Shown here in pieces: positions 20,701-24,381 of a stretch of DNA of 24,381 nt. The DNA lies in the NCBI GenBank assembly GCA_001179505.1, contig CDMY01000747.1:1-24381 (forward strand), in the 5' to 3' direction. The stretch's first letter is position 1, and the number at the start of each line of letters is the position of its first letter. This stretch comes from Vitrella brassicaformis CCMP3155 (lineage: Eukaryota; Protista; Chromerida). Below the pieces are notes generated by a model, which saw only the letters and a list, made by a program, of their open reading frames with translations, had not been told where the DNA came from and did no database searches. The translations under genes were made by a program, and so were the position numbers.

Positions 20701-21606
20701 CATCAACTCCTGCCGGTCCTCGCCCCGTTGCTGGCGGCCGATCAGCGAGCGAGGGAAGGTGGCGGTGCAGCAGTCGGCCGTCTGGCACTCGAGACGGCCG
20801 GCGATCTCCAGGAAGTCTAGGTCGTGCAACAGCTGATAGAACCGGGTCTGCACTGAGTCCCCCATGGGCCTGCATTGATGGATGACATCACAAATGTGGG
20901 CCATGTGGCTGGCGATTGAGCTTGCCGACGTCGGGTCGACATGCAGCCGCTGAACGACGGGTGCTGCACACATCAACCATCAAGAGTGTATCCCGTTTCC
21001 GCCCCGCCATCCTCTCTCACGTGGCCAATAGAGGTCAGTGGTGCAGTGCAGCACGCGGGAGACCCTCTCCAGCCCAATGGCAGGCCCGAGGGATTGGAGA
21101 ACGCTGTGCTTCACGCGGTAGAAAGCGGAAAGGTCGAACAACGTGGAGAAGAAGCTCATCGCCGATAAGAGGGGGGACGGAAGGTGCGATGATGACGTCT
21201 ACGGTTCTCGAGAGAGGCGGAGAGGCTCTCGAGAGAAGCACTCCTCACTCCGCTGGTGAGGAGGGCCGCAGGCAGCCTCCTTCTCGTCTGACGATGGGTT
21301 TTGTCTCGCTGTTTCACTGCAAATGCTACTGTGGGCTCAAAGGCAAGCCATTCATGCCGCTCCGCAGCTTGTTTGCTTCGCTGCTTCTCTTGTGCCCACT
21401 TCAGCGGCCCCGATCTCGCTTGTTTGTGGGTATTTGACGGTAAAATTTGGTTCACAGTGATCAGTGAGGCACGCTGGACATCGTGCAGGTCATTGCGACG
21501 GCTCACAATGAATGAATGTCACCGGCTTGCCAAATGCGTCAACGGTCACAACGGTTAAATGGGATTTTCCCATTTAAGCAGGGTCCCACTTATCCGAGGC
21601 CCACTG
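17736..21606. mobile_element. Non-autonomous Tc1/mariner-superfamily (pogo-like ends) TIR element with TA target-site duplication and passenger gene
   Basis: Perfect 24-bp TIR CAGTGGGCCTCGGATAAGTGGGAC at 17736-17759 and inverted at 21583-21606. TA at 17734-17735 and 21607-21608. Excision restores copia RLTC-Y-ADSS. No DDE/DDD transposase seen in the sequenced part. The interior contains a gap and a duplicated left end. Confidence 0.9.
19237..21159 (-). pseudogene. Intron-containing passenger gene inside the TIR element (Cys/His-containing N-terminal half, acidic middle, Pro-rich C-terminal half); unknown family
   Basis: ATG 21159, exon to 21021, GT-AG intron 20964-21020 (57 nt) joining in frame (MSFFSTLF...DLYWP|PPVVQRLHVD...). 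Protein-like text then passes between frames near 20475, 20276 and 19972 and ends at TAA 19237-19239. Confidence 0.6.
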
Positions 21607-21608
21607 TA

Positions 21609-22123
21609 GCACGTCAGCCTGATCTCATCTGTGCCAGACCGCTTGTACACAAGGCGAGCATCCATTGTGTCCTTCAGGTAGCGCATGAGGTGCATGAGCG
21701 CCTTCCAGTGCCATTCGCCCGGGTCATTGTTGTGCATGGCACACTCTTTGACGGCGAATGCGCAGTCTGGCCTCAATGCGCACGCCTCGTACGTCACTGA
21801 GCCGACGCCTTCTCTGTAGGGCAGTCGATTCATGCGCTCTCGCTCTTCTTGTGTCTGAGGAGACTGGTCCTTGCTCAGTCGGTGCGTCTGCGGGCATGGT
21901 TGACTGACGGGCTTGGCTAGTAGCATTCGGTACTTCTCGAGCATCTTCTTGATGTATGGTGCATGCGAGAGTGCCACTTCGCCCTTGTCAGCGTCATAGT
22001 CGACATCCAGTCCGACAAATGACTTGATCTTGCCCAGGAAACGTGCCTTGAAGCGAGTGAGGATCATCTGCATGAACCACTCTGGGTCATTGTCGCCTTT
22101 GGTGGGAGCCCAGAAGATGTCGT
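21609..22123 (-). CDS. Copia reverse transcriptase, C-terminal part (core motifs lie in the gap)
   Basis: DDIF at the gap edge (second half of YVDD), LGKIKSFVGLDV, PYREGVGSVTY, RPDCAFAV, HWKALMHLMRYLKDT. Confidence 0.95.
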
Positions 22124-22423
22124 NNNNNNNNNNNNNNNNNNNNNNNNNNNNNNNNNNNNNNNNNNNNNNNNNNNNNNNNNNNNNNNNNNNNNNNNNNNNN
22201 NNNNNNNNNNNNNNNNNNNNNNNNNNNNNNNNNNNNNNNNNNNNNNNNNNNNNNNNNNNNNNNNNNNNNNNNNNNNNNNNNNNNNNNNNNNNNNNNNNNN
22301 NNNNNNNNNNNNNNNNNNNNNNNNNNNNNNNNNNNNNNNNNNNNNNNNNNNNNNNNNNNNNNNNNNNNNNNNNNNNNNNNNNNNNNNNNNNNNNNNNNNN
22401 NNNNNNNNNNNNNNNNNNNNNNN

Positions 22424-24381
22424 TTGGCCGAGAGTGCCCCGAACATCGCACCGTCCGACGCTCTTCCTCCAGCCTCATCACTCATCGGCTGCTCGCCTCT
22501 GGTTGGACTGCTTGGAGGTTGCTGAGGCAACGGGGGATCTTGCAGTTCTGCCTGCTGCTCACCCTCTCCATTGATGGGCGGATCAGACGGGAGCATCTCA
22601 CGAAGAGACGCCTCACTCATCGGATCTCCCTCAACAGCATCCTTTTGCATCGTGTCAGTAGAATCCACGGCAGCAGACTCGCCTCTCGGGCGGCGTTGTC
22701 GCTTCTGCAACTCTGGCGGCAAGCCCTGCCAACGCTTTGGTCTCAGTCCGTATTGCCCCGATACGTCCTTCCTTGACCGTATAGTCGTGCTGTCGACGAA
22801 CTCCGGCATCCCCCCTCTGAGCCATGCGTCCTCGCTCGATGGCTCTTGCAGAGGCCCAGCAGGCTGACCAGTGTCGCTCTGATCCAACCTGGGTTCCTGG
22901 GTGTCAGGTGTCCCATCCTGTGCTTGCTGCGGCAGAGGCTCAGGAGACACTCCAACAGGCGGATACACGTCGCCCGTCACCTCCCCCTCTCGAGTCTGGA
23001 GGTGTGGATCTGCTGATCGATGGAGCTTTCCTGTGCGGTAGAATGAGCAGTTATCAAAGACTGTCTCTTGTACCCTCGCAGTGAAAAGTCGCCTCTTGTG
23101 AGGCACGTAAACCAAGCACCCATCTTTTGTGTTGGAAGCGTAGCCAAGGTACACACCTTTTTGTGCCTTGGGTGTGAGTGGACCACCCGGCCTCGGACCC
23201 CCGGAGAGTGGTTTGGGGATGTGCATGTAGCACATGCACCCGAACACATGCAGCCCGGTTTTACACAGCAGTATAAAGTTGGGCTTCTCGCCATGATACA
23301 ACTCGTGCGGGGTTCTCTCATGCTCATTCGCCGAATGAGGCATGATGTTCCGAACAAAAACGGCGTGCCTGAAGGCATATGGCCAGAAAATCAGCGGCAG
23401 GAAGGCATGAAGAAGCATCGCCATCGCGATGTTGCTGATTGATTGGATGGCTCTCTCAGCAACTCCATTTGACTGCTGATGGTGCGGGACGATCTTCTGA
23501 ATGAGACACCTTGCTCGACAAGGAAAGCCTGCGCTTCTCCTTCGACGAGCTCCTTTGCATTGTCGGCTCGGAACGCTCTCGGCTTGCCCTTGGCAGACAC
23601 ATCAGCGAGGAGGAGCCGAAGGGCTCTCACAGCGTCTGATTTGTGCACGAGAGGGTAGAACCAATGATAGCGCGTTGCGTCATCCACGAAGAGTACACCA
23701 TAGCGGTAGTTGTGCAGAGAGGGTGCGCGAGGCAGATCTGTCTTCATGTCCCCATGCACCAAATCCAACGGTTGAGTGGCTCGTGACTGAAGCGGCACCA
23801 ATTTGTGAGGTTTGCGGCGACTCTTACTCAGCACGCAAGGCTCACACGGGCCATGGATCTCAATCTCACGCTCAGTGAGTGGGGTGATCGTCAGCCCCTC
23901 TACCCGTCCATCGGCTGCCTTTACCATGGTTGATGAGATGAGATGCCCGAGAATCGCATGGATCTTATGGTAGTCTGTTGGATACACGCGCCTGAAGAAG
24001 TCCGAGCCAACCCCAAGCTTGTCCAGCTTGTCAAGATTCGCTTCGCACAGCAAATCAGGCAATGACTCGTCTGTCTCTCCTTCTTGTCCGTCTCGCAAGT
24101 CTTCTCCTTGACCATCAGCGTGTTCGTGTACTTGAAAGACATGTCCAACTGTGTCCGGCTCTACAGACATAACGACTTCGTCGCTGCCTGGAGCATGTGA
24201 CTTACGCACGTCTAAAAAATCAAGTGCATGCAGGCGACTGCATCGCCTCAGTGGGATCTGTCTGTCGCCTCGCAGACAGAGGGCGGCTCTGGACCTGTCG
24301 TACTCAAGACTAATCTTCAAGTACGACATGGCCAAAGTGCTGGTCGACAGCAAGTTGCACACCAGCTGCGGGACGAGCAGG
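22424..24381 (-). pseudogene. Copia pre-integrase, integrase and linker, with a 1-nt frameshift at about 23486
   Basis: HAILGH...CEPC zinc finger; LDLVHGD; FVDDATRYHWFYPL; FRADNAKEL. After the shift: HHQQSNGVAERAIQSI, FWPYAFRHAVFVRN, TPHELYHGEKP, LHVFGCMCY, KGVYLGY. Confidence 0.95.

Larger units (their letters stand above)
17309..24381 (-). mobile_element. Ty1/copia LTR retrotransposon pol region (incomplete; LTRs not visible), interrupted by a DNA transposon
   Basis: Domain order on the minus strand is pre-integrase HHCC, integrase DDE, RT, RNase H, which is the copia order. The 5' part lies beyond the window and the 3' end runs into a gap. Confidence 0.95.

Overview
GC-rich eukaryotic draft sequence with short GT-AG introns and seven gaps of exactly 300 N. 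Intron style and composition suggest a protist or alga, possibly a chromerid alveolate such as Vitrella; that host assignment is a guess. (1) 1-8160: five staggered, mutually overlapping contigs of one repeated, spliced gene of unknown family. It has a possibly OB-fold-like core, a G8-associated +1 frame offset in every copy, and a Thr/Gln/Ala-rich tail. Much of the apparent tandem structure may be unmerged assembly. (2) 8160-10600: microsatellites, a hairpin cluster and a degenerate ~123-bp triplication bracketed by a 24-bp direct repeat. (3) 10611-13397 (+): an 8-exon bacterial-type glycoside hydrolase family 97 gene with one in-frame TAG at a conserved Trp. (4) ~14500-15400 (-): a spliced, decayed gene with an AHELG motif. 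(5) 17309-24381 (-): a Ty1/copia pol (integrase-RT-RNase H) split at a TA by a Tc1/mariner-type TIR element (17736-21606, 24-bp perfect TIRs, TA duplication). That element carries an intron-containing non-transposase passenger gene. A second left end of the same element sits at 16417. No rRNA, tRNA or CRISPR array was seen.
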